A stretch of 64,000 nucleotides of DNA from a bacterium (GTDB lineage: Bacteria; JADJOY01), in the NCBI GenBank assembly GCA_046331705.1, contig JAXLQJ010000008.1, positions 1-64,000 on the forward strand, in the 5' to 3' direction. A program made the position numbers and the translations under genes. The notes under the pieces are model-generated. The model did not search any database. It was given only the letters and a program-made list of their open reading frames with translations, and was not told where the DNA came from. Shown here piece by piece: positions 49,862 to 60,026 of this stretch (within the stretch, counting starts at the first letter, position 1; each line of letters opens with the position of its first letter).

Positions 49862-51373
49862 ATGCCGAAACCTCGATCCAACACCCGCACGTCGCGCTCG
49901 CAGCGAACGTGCGCGGAACCGCCAGTGGGCAAGCGCGTCCGGCTGATCCAGCTCGGGTGCGCCAAGAACCGCGTCGATGGCGAGTGGATGCTCGGGACGC
50001 TCGCCGGCAAGGGCTACGAGGTGGTCGCCGACGATGGTGACGCGGACACGATCATCGTCAACACCTGCTCGTTCCTGGAGGCCTCGGTCACGGAGTCGAT
50101 CGACACGATCCTGGAAGCGGCGCGGCTCAAGGAACAAGGCAAGATCCAGCGCCTGGTCGTGGCGGGTTGCCTGACCCAGCGCTACGGCAAGGACCTGGTG
50201 GACGAGATGCCCGAGGTCGATCATTTCCTCGGCCCCGCGGGAATCGACCAGATCGTCGAGCTCTTGACCCGCGAGGACGCGCCGCGAGCCCTCGCCACCA
50301 CGCCCGAGGCCTTCCACGCCAGCGCGGCCACGCCGCGCATTCGCACCACTCCCGTCCACACCGCGTATCTGAAGATCGCCGAGGGTTGCGGCCGAAGCTG
50401 TGCGTTCTGCACCATTCCTTCGATCCGCGGTCCGCAGGCGAGCCGCACCATCCCGGATCTGGTGGCCGAGGCGCGCGGGCTCGCGGCGAGCGGAGTCCGC
50501 GAGCTGGTGCTGGTCGCGCACGACCTCACCTCGTACGGGCGCGACCTGCGCGCCGACGGCGACGGCCCGGACCTGGGCAAGCTCCTCGAAGGGCTCGGCG
50601 GCGTGCCGGGGCTGCGCTGGATCCGGCTGCTCTACGCCTATCCCACGGCGGTCGGCGAGCACGTGATGGAGCTGCTCGACTCGGGCGCGCCGTTCGCGCG
50701 CTATCTCGACATCCCCATCCAGCACGCGAGCGACCGCATCCTGCGCTCGATGCGCCGCGCCTACGGCCGCAAGGGCCTGCTCGAGACGCTCGATCGGCTG
50801 CGCGAGCGCGTTCGCGACCTCACGCTGCGCACCACCGTGATCGTCGGCTACCCGGGCGAGACCCGGCGCGAGTTCGACGAGCTGCTGAATCTCCTCGATC
50901 GCTATCGATTCCGCTGGGTGGGCGCGTTCCAGTTTTCACCCGAGGACGGAACCCACGCGGCCACCCTGCCCGACCGCACCGACGAGCTGACGGCACGCTC
51001 GCGGCTCGACGAGCTCACGACGTGCCAGGCGGCGATCACCGAATCGATCCAGCGCGCCGAGATCGGCACCGAGCAATGGGTGCTGGTGGAAGGCGAGCAT
51101 CCCGAGAGCGAGCTGCTGGGGCTCGGTCGAACCGAGGCGATGGCGCCCGAGGTCGACGGCGCCGTGATCCTCACCGACGGCCACGCCACCGCGGGCGAGC
51201 TCGTGAAGGTGCGCATCGAGGACGCCCAGGGCTGGGACCTGGTGGGTGCGATCGTCGACGATGCGGAGGAATCGCCCGAGCGAAGCGAGGACGACATCCC
51301 CACGGCGCGGCTCCCGCGCCGCCGCGCCAGCAACCGCGCGCGGTCCAAGACCGCCAAGAGCACGCGCCCATGA
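49862..51373 (+). CDS. rimO: Ribosomal protein S12 methylthiotransferase RimO
   Basis: LGCAKN, NTCSF, AGCL, YLKIAEGCGRSCAFC, YLDIPIQHAS, APEVDG TRAM domain. Start may be GTG 49925. Confidence 0.94.
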   Translation: MPKPRSNTRTSRSQRTCAEPPVGKRVRLIQLGCAKNRVDGEWMLGTLAGKGYEVVADDGDADTIIVNTCSFLEASVTESIDTILEAARLKEQGKIQRLVVAGCLTQRYGKDLVDEMPEVDHFLGPAGIDQIVELLTREDAPRALATTPEAFHASAATPRIRTTPVHTAYLKIAEGCGRSCAFCTIPSIRGPQASRTIPDLVAEARGLAASGVRELVLVAHDLTSYGRDLRADGDGPDLGKLLEGLGGVPGLRWIRLLYAYPTAVGEHVMELLDSGAPFARYLDIPIQHASDRILRSMRRAYGRKGLLETLDRLRERVRDLTLRTTVIVGYPGETRREFDELLNLLDRYRFRWVGAFQFSPEDGTHAATLPDRTDELTARSRLDELTTCQAAITESIQRAEIGTEQWVLVEGEHPESELLGLGRTEAMAPEVDGAVILTDGHATAGELVKVRIEDAQGWDLVGAIVDDAEESPERSEDDIPTARLPRRRASNRARSKTAKSTRP

Positions 51374-52116
51374 ACGATTTCGCTGGCAAGGTCGCGATCG
51401 TCACCGGCGCCACGCGTGGCGTCGGGCGAGCGATCGCGCTCGCGCTGGGCGCGCGCGGCGCCACCGTCGCGTTCAACTACCTGAGCCGCGACGACCTCGC
51501 CAGCGCGCTCGTGAGCGAGATCGAGCGCGTCGGCGGCAAGGCGAAGTCGTATGCCGCGGACGTCGCCGACGCGAGCGCCGTCGAGGCCATGGTCGAGGAC
51601 GTGCGTACCACCTTCGGTGGCCTCGACATCCTGGTGAACAACGCCGGCATCACCCGCGACAAGCTGGTGCTGCGCATGGAAACCGAGGACTGGGGCCGTG
51701 TGATCGGCGTGAATCTCTCGGGTGCCTTCTACTTCGCGAAGGAAGCGGCGCCCATCATGGTGAAGGCGCGCCGCGGCGCGATCCTCAACATCACCAGCGT
51801 GAGCGGCCTCGCCGGGCTACCCGGCCAGGCGAACTACTCGGCCGCCAAGGCGGGTCTCGTCGGCCTCACCAAGTCGCTGGCCCGCGAGCTCGGCAAGCGC
51901 AACGTGCGGGTCAACGCGCTGGCGCTCGGCTACATCGAGACCGACATGACGCACGGTCTCGCCGACGAGTACAAGCAGCGCATCCTGGACACGATCGCGC
52001 TGGCGCGCTTCGGCAAGCCCGAGGACGTGGCCGACGTCGCGCTCTTCCTGCTCTCCGACGCCGCCCGCTACGTCACCGGCGAGGTCATCCGTGTCGACGG
52101 CGGGCTCGCGCTCTGA
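51370..52116 (+). CDS. fabG: 3-oxoacyl-ACP reductase (SDR)
   Basis: TGATRGVG, NNAGITRD, GQANYSAAKAG; ATGA overlap with rimO. Confidence 0.85.
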   Translation: MNDFAGKVAIVTGATRGVGRAIALALGARGATVAFNYLSRDDLASALVSEIERVGGKAKSYAADVADASAVEAMVEDVRTTFGGLDILVNNAGITRDKLVLRMETEDWGRVIGVNLSGAFYFAKEAAPIMVKARRGAILNITSVSGLAGLPGQANYSAAKAGLVGLTKSLARELGKRNVRVNALALGYIETDMTHGLADEYKQRILDTIALARFGKPEDVADVALFLLSDAARYVTGEVIRVDGGLAL

Positions 52117-52136
52117 GCGCGCCGCGGCGCTCTCGC

Positions 52137-52943
52137 TCAGCGCGGAAAGCTCGCGCGGCGCTTCTCGACGAAGGCGGTGACGCCCTCGGCGAACTCGGGG
52201 CCGGCGGCGCACTCGGCGATCGACACGGCCTCGCGCGCGAGCTGATCGGCGAGCGGCCGGTCGAGCGATTCGTTCAAGAGCTGCTTGGTGCGGCCGTAAG
52301 CGGCGGTGGCGCCGCGCGCCAGCCTCCGCGCCAGCTTGGCGGTGGCCTCGTCGAGCTCCGCGTCGGGCACCACGCGATTGACGAGACCGAGCCTGAGCGC
52401 CTCGGCGGGCTCGATGCGGTCACCGAGGAGCGCGATCTCCATCGCCTTGCGCACGCCGACGATGCGCGGCAACGCGTAGGTGCCGCCGCCGTCGGGTGAA
52501 GCACCGATGTTGCCGTAGCCCATCATGAAGAAGGCGCCCTCGGCGGCGATCGCCAGGTCGCACGCCATCATCAACGACATCCCGAAGCCGACACAGGCGC
52601 CGCGCACGCTCGCCACCACGGGCTTGGGCATGCGGCGCAGCGAGATCACCGCCGGATGGAGCCGGTGCACGATCGACTCGAAGAGCACGCGGCGCTCGGC
52701 GGGGGTGAGCGCGAGCCGCTCGTGGAAGCCCTTCACGTCGCCGCCGGCGAGGAAGTGATCACCCGCGCCCTGGATCACCACCACCCGCACCGCGGGATCC
52801 TGCTCGAGGCGCGGGAAGATCTCGTTCATGCCCTCGACCATGTCGGGCGAGAGCGCGTTGAGCCGCTCCGGGCGATTGGGTGTGACGCGCGCGATCCCGT
52901 CCTCGATCGCGCACAAGAGATCCTGGTTGGCGGCGCTGGCCAT
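52137..52943 (-). CDS. Enoyl-CoA hydratase/isomerase
   Basis: NRPERLNAL, FLAGGDV, KPVVASVRG, PDGGGTYALPR, EGVTAFVEKR. Confidence 0.92.
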   Translation of the reverse strand: MASAANQDLLCAIEDGIARVTPNRPERLNALSPDMVEGMNEIFPRLEQDPAVRVVVIQGAGDHFLAGGDVKGFHERLALTPAERRVLFESIVHRLHPAVISLRRMPKPVVASVRGACVGFGMSLMMACDLAIAAEGAFFMMGYGNIGASPDGGGTYALPRIVGVRKAMEIALLGDRIEPAEALRLGLVNRVVPDAELDEATAKLARRLARGATAAYGRTKQLLNESLDRPLADQLAREAVSIAECAAGPEFAEGVTAFVEKRRASFPR

Positions 52944-53012
52944 CGATGAGCCTCCCTCGGGGTGGCACACCATTGCGGCACACGCCGCCGCCGCCGACAA
53001 CCCCCGCGTCGC

Positions 53013-54374
53013 TCAGAACTCGACGGATCCGCCCGCCACGAGCCGATGGGCCGAGAGCGTGCTGGTGGCCTCCGTGCCCTCGAACGGGCCACCGGGGCCG
53101 ACCCATGGCCCGGTGATCGAATGCTCGAAGCCGTGCGAGTACGCGATCGACAGATCGAGGCCATCGAGCACGTGCAACGTGCCGCCCACGCTGAGGTGGT
53201 GCTGGATGATCGCCGGCGCCGCCACGTTGAAGAAGCTCAGTCGATCCTGCACCGGATGCTCGTTCCACGCGTAGCCGCAACGTAGCGCCATCCCCTCCAT
53301 CGGCTTCCACTCGATGCCGGCGTTCACGCCGAAGATGCTCGACCAGCCGAAGCCGCGCACGGCGCTCGTGGGATCGAAGCCCTCGTCGTCGAACCCGGCG
53401 GTGTTCGCGTAATCGACGTAGCGGCCGTCGAGCGCGATCAGCACGTTCTCGAGCGGCCGGTACGCGACGCCCACCGACAGGATCATCGGGAAGTCCATGT
53501 CGAACTCGATCTTCCGCGGCATGCCGGACTCGTCCGCGGAGTTGAAGCCGTATTCCTGGAACCATTGCGGACTCTTCACCGTCAGCCCGAACGCCCAGTC
53601 CTCCGTGGGCGTCAGGTAGGCACCCGCTTGCACGCCCACGCCCCACGCCGCGTCGCCGCGCGCCGCATCGGGATAGGTTCCGAGCGGACCGCCCTGTGCG
53701 TTGTCGGGCGGCGCGGCGGGAAACGGCGTCACGGCGAGCGTCGACCACGCCATCGTCGGCGCGATGCCGAGCGCCAGCCAGGGCGTCACCTGGTAGGCGA
53801 GCGTCGGCGAGAGCTGCAGCATCTGGAAGCTCGACGCGATGCCGCCGAAGCCCATGCCCTTCGGCGGCTGCGGCGTGGTGATCGGATTGGTGGGATCGTA
53901 CGGATAATCGACCCCGAAACCGCCGATGCCGATCGCGCCCACGCCGAACGCCCAATCCGATCCGGCGAGGTGGTGGACGGTGCCGAAGCTCGGAATCGGC
54001 AACAGGTCCGTGTCGCTCTTGGTGCGTCCCGACAGCGTCTGTGTCGGAAAGAGACCGAAGAAGGCGCCCTTCTCGAGGGTCGACTCGAGGTGAGTCGTGG
54101 GCGCGAACGCCTCGAACGAGGCGCTCACTCGCGAACGTGGAAACGCCACGATCGACGCCGGGTTCCATTGCAGGGCACCGATGGTGTCGAGCGGCGCGGC
54201 GGTACCGGCGCCGCCCATCGACACGTTCACCGGCCCGATCGCCTCCAGCACGTGGCCGATCTGGGCCGACGCGGGAACGGCGAGCGCCACCAGACCCAGG
54301 GCGAGCGCGATGACGAGCGTGGTCGCGCGGCGATCCACGACGTGCAGGAACCTCGTGTCACGTGTGTGAAGCAT
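53013..54374 (-). CDS. FadL/OmpP1/TodX family outer-membrane channel
   Basis: Signal peptide; SMGGAG..A..D....WNPA hatch motif; GIGGFGVDY; C-terminal Phe. Confidence 0.85.
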   Translation of the reverse strand: MLHTRDTRFLHVVDRRATTLVIALALGLVALAVPASAQIGHVLEAIGPVNVSMGGAGTAAPLDTIGALQWNPASIVAFPRSRVSASFEAFAPTTHLESTLEKGAFFGLFPTQTLSGRTKSDTDLLPIPSFGTVHHLAGSDWAFGVGAIGIGGFGVDYPYDPTNPITTPQPPKGMGFGGIASSFQMLQLSPTLAYQVTPWLALGIAPTMAWSTLAVTPFPAAPPDNAQGGPLGTYPDAARGDAAWGVGVQAGAYLTPTEDWAFGLTVKSPQWFQEYGFNSADESGMPRKIEFDMDFPMILSVGVAYRPLENVLIALDGRYVDYANTAGFDDEGFDPTSAVRGFGWSSIFGVNAGIEWKPMEGMALRCGYAWNEHPVQDRLSFFNVAAPAIIQHHLSVGGTLHVLDGLDLSIAYSHGFEHSITGPWVGPGGPFEGTEATSTLSAHRLVAGGSVEF

Positions 54375-54417
54375 GGGGAGACACCTCCCCGCTGCACGGC
54401 GAACCGTGGCGAGCGGA

Positions 54418-55104
54418 TCAGCAACCTTCCTTCTTCTTCTTGGGCGCAGCCGGTGCGGCCGACGATGGTGCGGAGGGCGGCGACGGGATTGGCGCGGCCT
54501 CGGCAAGCGACGCCGCCTCCTCCGCTGGTGCAGCGTCCGCGCCCGTGGGCGCCGTGGCAGCGGGCATCGCCCTCGGCGCGCCGCCGAAATGCCGGGCAAC
54601 GTTCACAGCGCGCTCGAAGAGCGCCCGCTCCTCGGCGGAATCGCCTGCCGGCGGGGTCGGATGGAGCACCTCGTTCTTCCAGGCGTCGATCCCGCCCGCG
54701 AGCGTGGCCACACCGTGGTAACCGTCCGCCACGAGCAGCATCCACGCTTGCGTTGCGTGCGCCTCTCCTTCGCCGTAGAGCAAGAGCTTCTCGTTTCGGG
54801 GCAGCGAGCCGGCGGCGACGTCGGCCAACGCCACGTTCTCCGCGCCGGGGATGTGGTTCGTGCCGAACGCCGCCGCATCGCGGAGGTCGACGAGCCGGTA
54901 ATCGCTTCGCCCCTCGATGATCCACGACGCGAGGGTCGTCGCCGTCACGTGGTCCTCGCCGCGCGCGACGATCCGCGCGAGCTGCGCCCGATGGATCACC
55001 ACCTTGGGGCCGCGCGCGGTGGTCGCGAAGAGCGCGCCTGCACCGAGCACCAGCGCCAGAGCCGCGAGCTTCTGATTGAGCGTCCACTCCTTCGGCGCCT
55101 TCAT
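54418..55104 (-). CDS. Membrane-anchored rhodanese-domain protein with C-terminal Cys arm
   Basis: N-terminal hydrophobic helix; LVDLR...HIPGA...LAGGIDAW rhodanese signature; A/P-rich linker ending KKKKEGC. Confidence 0.85.
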   Translation of the reverse strand: MKAPKEWTLNQKLAALALVLGAGALFATTARGPKVVIHRAQLARIVARGEDHVTATTLASWIIEGRSDYRLVDLRDAAAFGTNHIPGAENVALADVAAGSLPRNEKLLLYGEGEAHATQAWMLLVADGYHGVATLAGGIDAWKNEVLHPTPPAGDSAEERALFERAVNVARHFGGAPRAMPAATAPTGADAAPAEEAASLAEAAPIPSPPSAPSSAAPAAPKKKKEGC

Positions 55105-55106
55105 GA

Positions 55107-55700
55107 TCAGCCTCGCGTCGCGCCGAAGCGCCGCTCCAGCGCCGCGGCGCCGACGAATCCACCAAGCGCCAGCAGCACCACCGCGAACACCACCAGGCCG
55201 TACGGCAGGCCGGTCGCCTGCGGGATGGTCACCGCGCCCATCGAGCCGGCGTTGAACAGGCCTTCGAGCCAGCGAAACGCCGCGGCGAAACCCACGGTCC
55301 CGGCGAAGACGCCGGCGACGAAGGCCATGCCGTCGACCCGTCCCGTCGCCGCCGAGACCACGGACGTGCCCGGGCAATAGCCGCCCACCACGAATCCGAC
55401 CCCCAGGATCAGCCCGCCGACCACCTGTGCGATCCAATACGTGGGCACCAGGTACACGAGCGAGAGATCGAGGAACCCGCTCCACGCCAGATACGTGACG
55501 CCGAGCATCGCCGTCACGATCGCGGTGAACATCACTTTGAAGACCGCCAGATCGTTCAAATAGAACTGCGACACGAGCTTCTTCGCGCTGCCGAACCCCG
55601 CGCGCTCCAGGAAGAAGCCGAAGCCGATGCCGATGGCGAGCGCCAGCACCAGGCTGGTCTGATCGCCGAAGAGCCCGTACTTGAGCAGCGGCGCGTTCAT
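55107..55700 (-). CDS. YeeE/YedE sulfur-compound transporter family protein
   Basis: FGFFLERAGF, GGLILGVGFVVGGYCPGTS. Confidence 0.9.
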   Translation of the reverse strand: MNAPLLKYGLFGDQTSLVLALAIGIGFGFFLERAGFGSAKKLVSQFYLNDLAVFKVMFTAIVTAMLGVTYLAWSGFLDLSLVYLVPTYWIAQVVGGLILGVGFVVGGYCPGTSVVSAATGRVDGMAFVAGVFAGTVGFAAAFRWLEGLFNAGSMGAVTIPQATGLPYGLVVFAVVLLALGGFVGAAALERRFGATRG

Positions 55701-56281
55701 CGCCATTCCCTCCGCAGAAACCAGGCACCCGCGTAGGCGCCGGCGAACACACAGAGCATGAAGGCCCAGCTCCCCAGGTTGAGGAGCGAGCCACCGGTGA
55801 GCGCTTGACCGCTGGTGCAACCGCGCGCCAGGTGCGCGCCGATCGCCATGAGCGCGCCGCCCCCGAACGCGAGCGCCAGTCGGCCGCGCACCGAGATGCG
55901 CGGCCCCCGCTCGACGGTGACGAGCATGCGATGCGCCAAGAGCCCGGAGATCACGGCGCCCGTCGCCACTCCCAGCACCTCGAAGACCAGCCACGACTGA
56001 AGCGGGTGACCGTCGACCAGGTAGGGCCCGAGAAAGCCGTTCGCCGCCGCGGTCGATGGCGCCACCAGCGACGCCAGCCAGGCCACGGTCGCCGTCACCG
56101 CACCCGAAGCGCCCAACCCACGCCCCACCAGCACGAAGGCCGAGAGCAGCACCAGGCCGAGACCGATCCCGGCGAGATAGGGATTCATGTAGGGCCGAGC
56201 CACGGATGCGGCGTGCTCGGTCGTGGCAGCGGCGCTGCCGAGTCGCTCTCCCGTGGACGTTTGCGCGAGCGTCGCTTCCAT
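55697..56281 (-). CDS. YeeE/YedE sulfur-compound transporter family protein
   Basis: PYMNPYLAG, GLGASG, GAHLARGCTSG. Confidence 0.9.
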   Translation of the reverse strand: MEATLAQTSTGERLGSAAATTEHAASVARPYMNPYLAGIGLGLVLLSAFVLVGRGLGASGAVTATVAWLASLVAPSTAAANGFLGPYLVDGHPLQSWLVFEVLGVATGAVISGLLAHRMLVTVERGPRISVRGRLALAFGGGALMAIGAHLARGCTSGQALTGGSLLNLGSWAFMLCVFAGAYAGAWFLRREWR

Positions 56282-56299
56282 GTGCCGTCCTCCTTGGGC

Positions 56300-57265
56300 T
56301 CAGCCCACCGGCCAGTGGCTCGCCTGGCCCGCGAACACGATCACGAATCGGAGCGCCAAGCCGCCGAGCATCACCAGGACCGGAGCGATGGGCGTGTGCG
56401 CGACCCGGTGCGACACGGCGAGCGATTGGATGAGGAGCGGCACGACGATCCCCAAGCCCACCACCCCCACCCAGAAGATCGCGGTGAACGGCCCGCCGAG
56501 GACCAGCTCCGCCGCGGCGGCGTGCGCCGCGCTCGCGCTCGCGAGGCCGATCAAGAGCAGCGCGATGAGCACCAGCTCGGCGGCGAGGAAGAGATTGTCG
56601 ATCCGCGCCATCGCCTCGCGCTCGTCGGCCCGCGGCGAGACCCAATGGGAGAACGCGGCGCTGCTCGAGAGCCCCGAGGCGAGAAAGAGCGGCCCCAGCA
56701 GCGCGCTCGACCACAGCGGCCGCGCGCCCAGCGACGAGAGCAAGATCCCCGTGTAGATCCCGAGGCCGATCCCGACCAGGACCGCGGTGGTCGCGAACGC
56801 ACGCATCGCGGCGGGGTTCTCGACCACCGCGTCCGCGAAGCGCGCGACGGGTCTCACCCGTGCCAGCCATTCGCGCGGCGCACCCAGCACCGCTCCCAGC
56901 GCGAGCACCGGATAGACGAGGAGCAGGATCCACGCGCCCCACGACATCGGCGAACGCGGCTCGAACGTCGTGTAGAGCCGCCACACGTAGGCCTTGTGCT
57001 CGAGGTCGAGGAAGAGCGCCCCCATCCCGAGCGAGATCAACCCCAGCGCGAGCGTGAAGAACGCGCTCGAGCCGAGCGAGAGCCCGCGTGCCGAGCGCGG
57101 CGACGCCCGTCCGGCCAGGATCGCGGCCCCGGACAGCACCAGGATTCCCGCGGTGAAGCCGCCCAGGAACAAGTAGACCGGGATCTCCCAACCCCACGCC
57201 GTGAGATGGGGCTCGACCAGCGCACTGTGGGCCGTGACGTAGTGCTCGACGTAGCGCTCGCCCAT
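56300..57265 (-). CDS. psrC: Polysulfide reductase membrane anchor (NrfD/PsrC)
   Basis: WGWEIPVYLFLGG, LFLDLEH, SPMSWGAW, IYTGILL, LRFVIVFAGQ. Confidence 0.9.
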   Translation of the reverse strand: MGERYVEHYVTAHSALVEPHLTAWGWEIPVYLFLGGFTAGILVLSGAAILAGRASPRSARGLSLGSSAFFTLALGLISLGMGALFLDLEHKAYVWRLYTTFEPRSPMSWGAWILLLVYPVLALGAVLGAPREWLARVRPVARFADAVVENPAAMRAFATTAVLVGIGLGIYTGILLSSLGARPLWSSALLGPLFLASGLSSSAAFSHWVSPRADEREAMARIDNLFLAAELVLIALLLIGLASASAAHAAAAELVLGGPFTAIFWVGVVGLGIVVPLLIQSLAVSHRVAHTPIAPVLVMLGGLALRFVIVFAGQASHWPVG

Positions 57266-57269
57266 GGCA

Positions 57270-57809
57270 TCACCCGAGGTAGAAGATCTGCGGCTCGGTG
57301 CCGGCTTCCGGCAGCACCGCATGGTGCTCGCGGGAAGCGACCAGCCGGCTCACTTCGGAAGCGGGGTCGTCGAGATCGCCGAAGTGCATGCAATGCGTCG
57401 GGCAGACCGAGACGCACGCGGGGTCCTTGCCCTGCTCGACGCGGTGAATGCAGAAGGTGCACTTGTCGGCGTAGCCCTCGGGGTGGATGTAGCGAGCATC
57501 GTACGGGCACGAGGCGACGCAGGCCTTGCAGCCGATGCATTCGTCGTGGTTCACGAGCACCACACCGCCGAAGGAGTGGACGTGGCTCGCGCCGGTCGGG
57601 CAGCAGGCGACGCAGGGCGGCCGATCGCAGTGATTGCAGCGCTCCGACTGGATCGAGAGCGCGAGCGTCGGGAACGTCCCCGCGAGCGAGGTCGCGATCC
57701 AGTCGCGGTGCATCCCGTCGGGAGTGGAGTTCTCCGTCTTGCACGCGACGACGCAATCCATGCAGCCCACGCAGCGTCGGGTGTCGATGACCATTCCGAG
57801 GCGGGCCAT
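57270..57809 (-). CDS. psrB: 4Fe-4S electron transfer subunit (NrfC/PsrB)
   Basis: CVGCMDCVVAC, CNHCDRPPC, CIGCKACVASCPY, KCTFC. Confidence 0.92.
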   Translation of the reverse strand: MARLGMVIDTRRCVGCMDCVVACKTENSTPDGMHRDWIATSLAGTFPTLALSIQSERCNHCDRPPCVACCPTGASHVHSFGGVVLVNHDECIGCKACVASCPYDARYIHPEGYADKCTFCIHRVEQGKDPACVSVCPTHCMHFGDLDDPASEVSRLVASREHHAVLPEAGTEPQIFYLG

Positions 57810-57812
57810 GGC

Positions 57813-60026
57813 TCAGGCCTCTCTCTCGAGGGTGACGAAGTTCACGTTCATGCCGGTGCCGCCCATGAGCGGATCGGTGCGATAGCGCGTGACCAGCCCG
57901 GCATCGCTGGCGCCGCGGCCCAGTGCGCTGCGCAACATCGGCGAGGTGTGCCCGAAGCCGTGGACCAGATAGACGCAGTCGCCGCGGATCGCTTCCGTGG
58001 CGCGCACCTTCACGGGGTTGCTCAGCGCACCGTCCTGGTTCCTGAGCCGCACCCGATCCCCGGTGCGTAGCTCCATCCGTCGCGCCACGCTCGCGTTCAG
58101 CCACACGTCGTTCTCGCCGATGGCCTGCATCAGCACCGGGTTGGTCTGGGTGCGGCTGAACGAGTGCACCGGCGCCCTGCCGAAGAGCAGCCGGAACGAG
58201 CCGACCGGGCCCGCCGCGGGGCGTGTGTACCTGGGGACGGGATCGAAGCCATGGTCGGCGAGCTGCTGCGACCAGAGCTCGATCTTGCCGCTCGGCGTGG
58301 GGAACGACGGCGTCACGCCGTCCTCGAGATAGACCGGCACCGGCTTCCCGCGCACCAGCCCCTTCGCTTTCAGCTCCTCGAAATCGAGCCCCGCCGCCTG
58401 CACGCGGTGCGCGAGATATTCCTGGAGGTTCTGCCAGGGGAAGTACGCCTCGAGCCCGAGCTTTCGCGCCAGCTCGCGCGCGATCCACCAATTGGGCTTC
58501 TGATCGCCGGGTGCTTCCACCACCGGCTGGCGCAGCGCCACGAACGGCTCGCGGAAGAGCTCCACGTTGAGCTCGTCGTGGCGCTCGAGATACGTGGCCT
58601 CGGGCAGCACCACGTCCGACCAGCCCGCGATCTCGCTGCCGATCACGTCCACCGTCACCAGCAGATCGAGCTTCTGGATGGCGCGAATCGTCTCGGCTTC
58701 GTTGGGGAGCGCGTGGATGAGGTTGGTGGCGTACACGAACCAGCCGCGGATCGGATACGGCTGATCGGTGAGGGTCGCGTCGCGGATGCCGGTGGTGATC
58801 GCCTCGCTCGCGAACGGATAGCGCTTGCCGGGATTGTCGACCTTCCCTTTCGCCGACTTGGGATAGGGCGGATAGGGATACGCCGGCACGTCCATGCTGG
58901 ACGGGACGTAGAAGCCGCCCTTGCGTCCCCAGCTGCCGAGCAGCGCGTTCAAGAGCGCGACGGCGCGCCCGCGTTGGGCGTCGTCGCCGTACCAGGTGGC
59001 GTGGCGTCCCGGGTGCACCAGCGTGGCTGGCCGATGGCGCGCCATCTCGCGCGCGGTCTCGCGGATCAGCGCGGGCTCGATCCCCGTCTCCGGGTACGCC
59101 CACTCGGGCGTGTAGCGCGCGACCGAGGCGGCGAACGCATCGAAGCCGTACGCATGCTGCGTGAGGTAGTCCTCGTCGTAGCGCTTCTCCGTGACCAGCA
59201 CGTTCATCCACGCGAGCAGCAGCGCCAGATCGGTGCCCGGCCGGATGGGCAGGTAGTGCTTGGCCTTGCTGGCGGCCACCGAGAAGCGCGGATCGACGAC
59301 GATCACGCTCGCGCCGCTGCCCACCGCGTCGGCGAATTCCTGCACCTGGGTGTTGTGCATGTTCTCGCCGAGGTGCGAGCCGATCAGCACCAGGCAGCGC
59401 GCGTTGCGGATGTCGGTGCGCTCCGGCGAGCCCACGCCTTCGCCGAACGTGAGCTCGAAGCCCACGTCCCGAGGTCCGCGGCACTGAGCGAACGACGGCG
59501 CGGCGACGTTGGGTGTGCCGTACGCCTTCAGGGTGTGCTTCAAGAACGTGCCGCCGATGCCGTGACTGAAGAGCGCCACCGCCTCGGGGCCGTGCTCCGC
59601 CTTGATCTTCTGGAGCCTGTCGGCGACGTACCCGAGAGCCTCGTCCCAGGTGACCTCGGCCCAGCGCTGCGCGCCGCGCTCGCCACGCCGAAGCAGCGGC
59701 GCGCGCAAGCGGTCCGGATCGAAGTGTGCGCCGACACCGCCGGTGCCACGCGGGCAGAGCCGGCCGCGCGACAGCGGATCGTCGGGATTGCCCTCGATCT
59801 TCCAGAGCTTGCCGTCGCGCACGGTGGCGATGGCGTTGCACTTCCAGAAGCACACGTCGCAGAACGTCGGGACCGTACGCAGCCCGCGCTCGGCGGGTGC
59901 GAGCGCCGCGCTCGCGCCCGGCACGAGCCGCTCCGCCGTTCCCGCCGCCGCGGCGGCGCCGACGGTCGCGCCGCTGATCTTCAGGAAGCGTCGTCGCGAA
60001 AGCTGATCGGTGACTCGAGCCGCCAT
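57813..60026 (-). CDS. psrA: Mo-bisPGD polysulfide/thiosulfate reductase catalytic subunit (PsrA/PhsA/SreA clade)
   Basis: Tat motif SRRRFLK; FS0 motif CDVCFWKC...LCPRG; putative Mo-ligand PSFAQCRG; HPGRH; PTPSGKIEL. Substrate not determinable from motifs. Confidence 0.88.
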   Translation of the reverse strand: MAARVTDQLSRRRFLKISGATVGAAAAAGTAERLVPGASAALAPAERGLRTVPTFCDVCFWKCNAIATVRDGKLWKIEGNPDDPLSRGRLCPRGTGGVGAHFDPDRLRAPLLRRGERGAQRWAEVTWDEALGYVADRLQKIKAEHGPEAVALFSHGIGGTFLKHTLKAYGTPNVAAPSFAQCRGPRDVGFELTFGEGVGSPERTDIRNARCLVLIGSHLGENMHNTQVQEFADAVGSGASVIVVDPRFSVAASKAKHYLPIRPGTDLALLLAWMNVLVTEKRYDEDYLTQHAYGFDAFAASVARYTPEWAYPETGIEPALIRETAREMARHRPATLVHPGRHATWYGDDAQRGRAVALLNALLGSWGRKGGFYVPSSMDVPAYPYPPYPKSAKGKVDNPGKRYPFASEAITTGIRDATLTDQPYPIRGWFVYATNLIHALPNEAETIRAIQKLDLLVTVDVIGSEIAGWSDVVLPEATYLERHDELNVELFREPFVALRQPVVEAPGDQKPNWWIARELARKLGLEAYFPWQNLQEYLAHRVQAAGLDFEELKAKGLVRGKPVPVYLEDGVTPSFPTPSGKIELWSQQLADHGFDPVPRYTRPAAGPVGSFRLLFGRAPVHSFSRTQTNPVLMQAIGENDVWLNASVARRMELRTGDRVRLRNQDGALSNPVKVRATEAIRGDCVYLVHGFGHTSPMLRSALGRGASDAGLVTRYRTDPLMGGTGMNVNFVTLEREA

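Noticed and set aside
52870-52890. VTPNRP instead of the usual xTLNRP in the enoyl-CoA hydratase
   Set aside because: A single substitution that could be a variant or a base-call error; the rest of the gene is intact.
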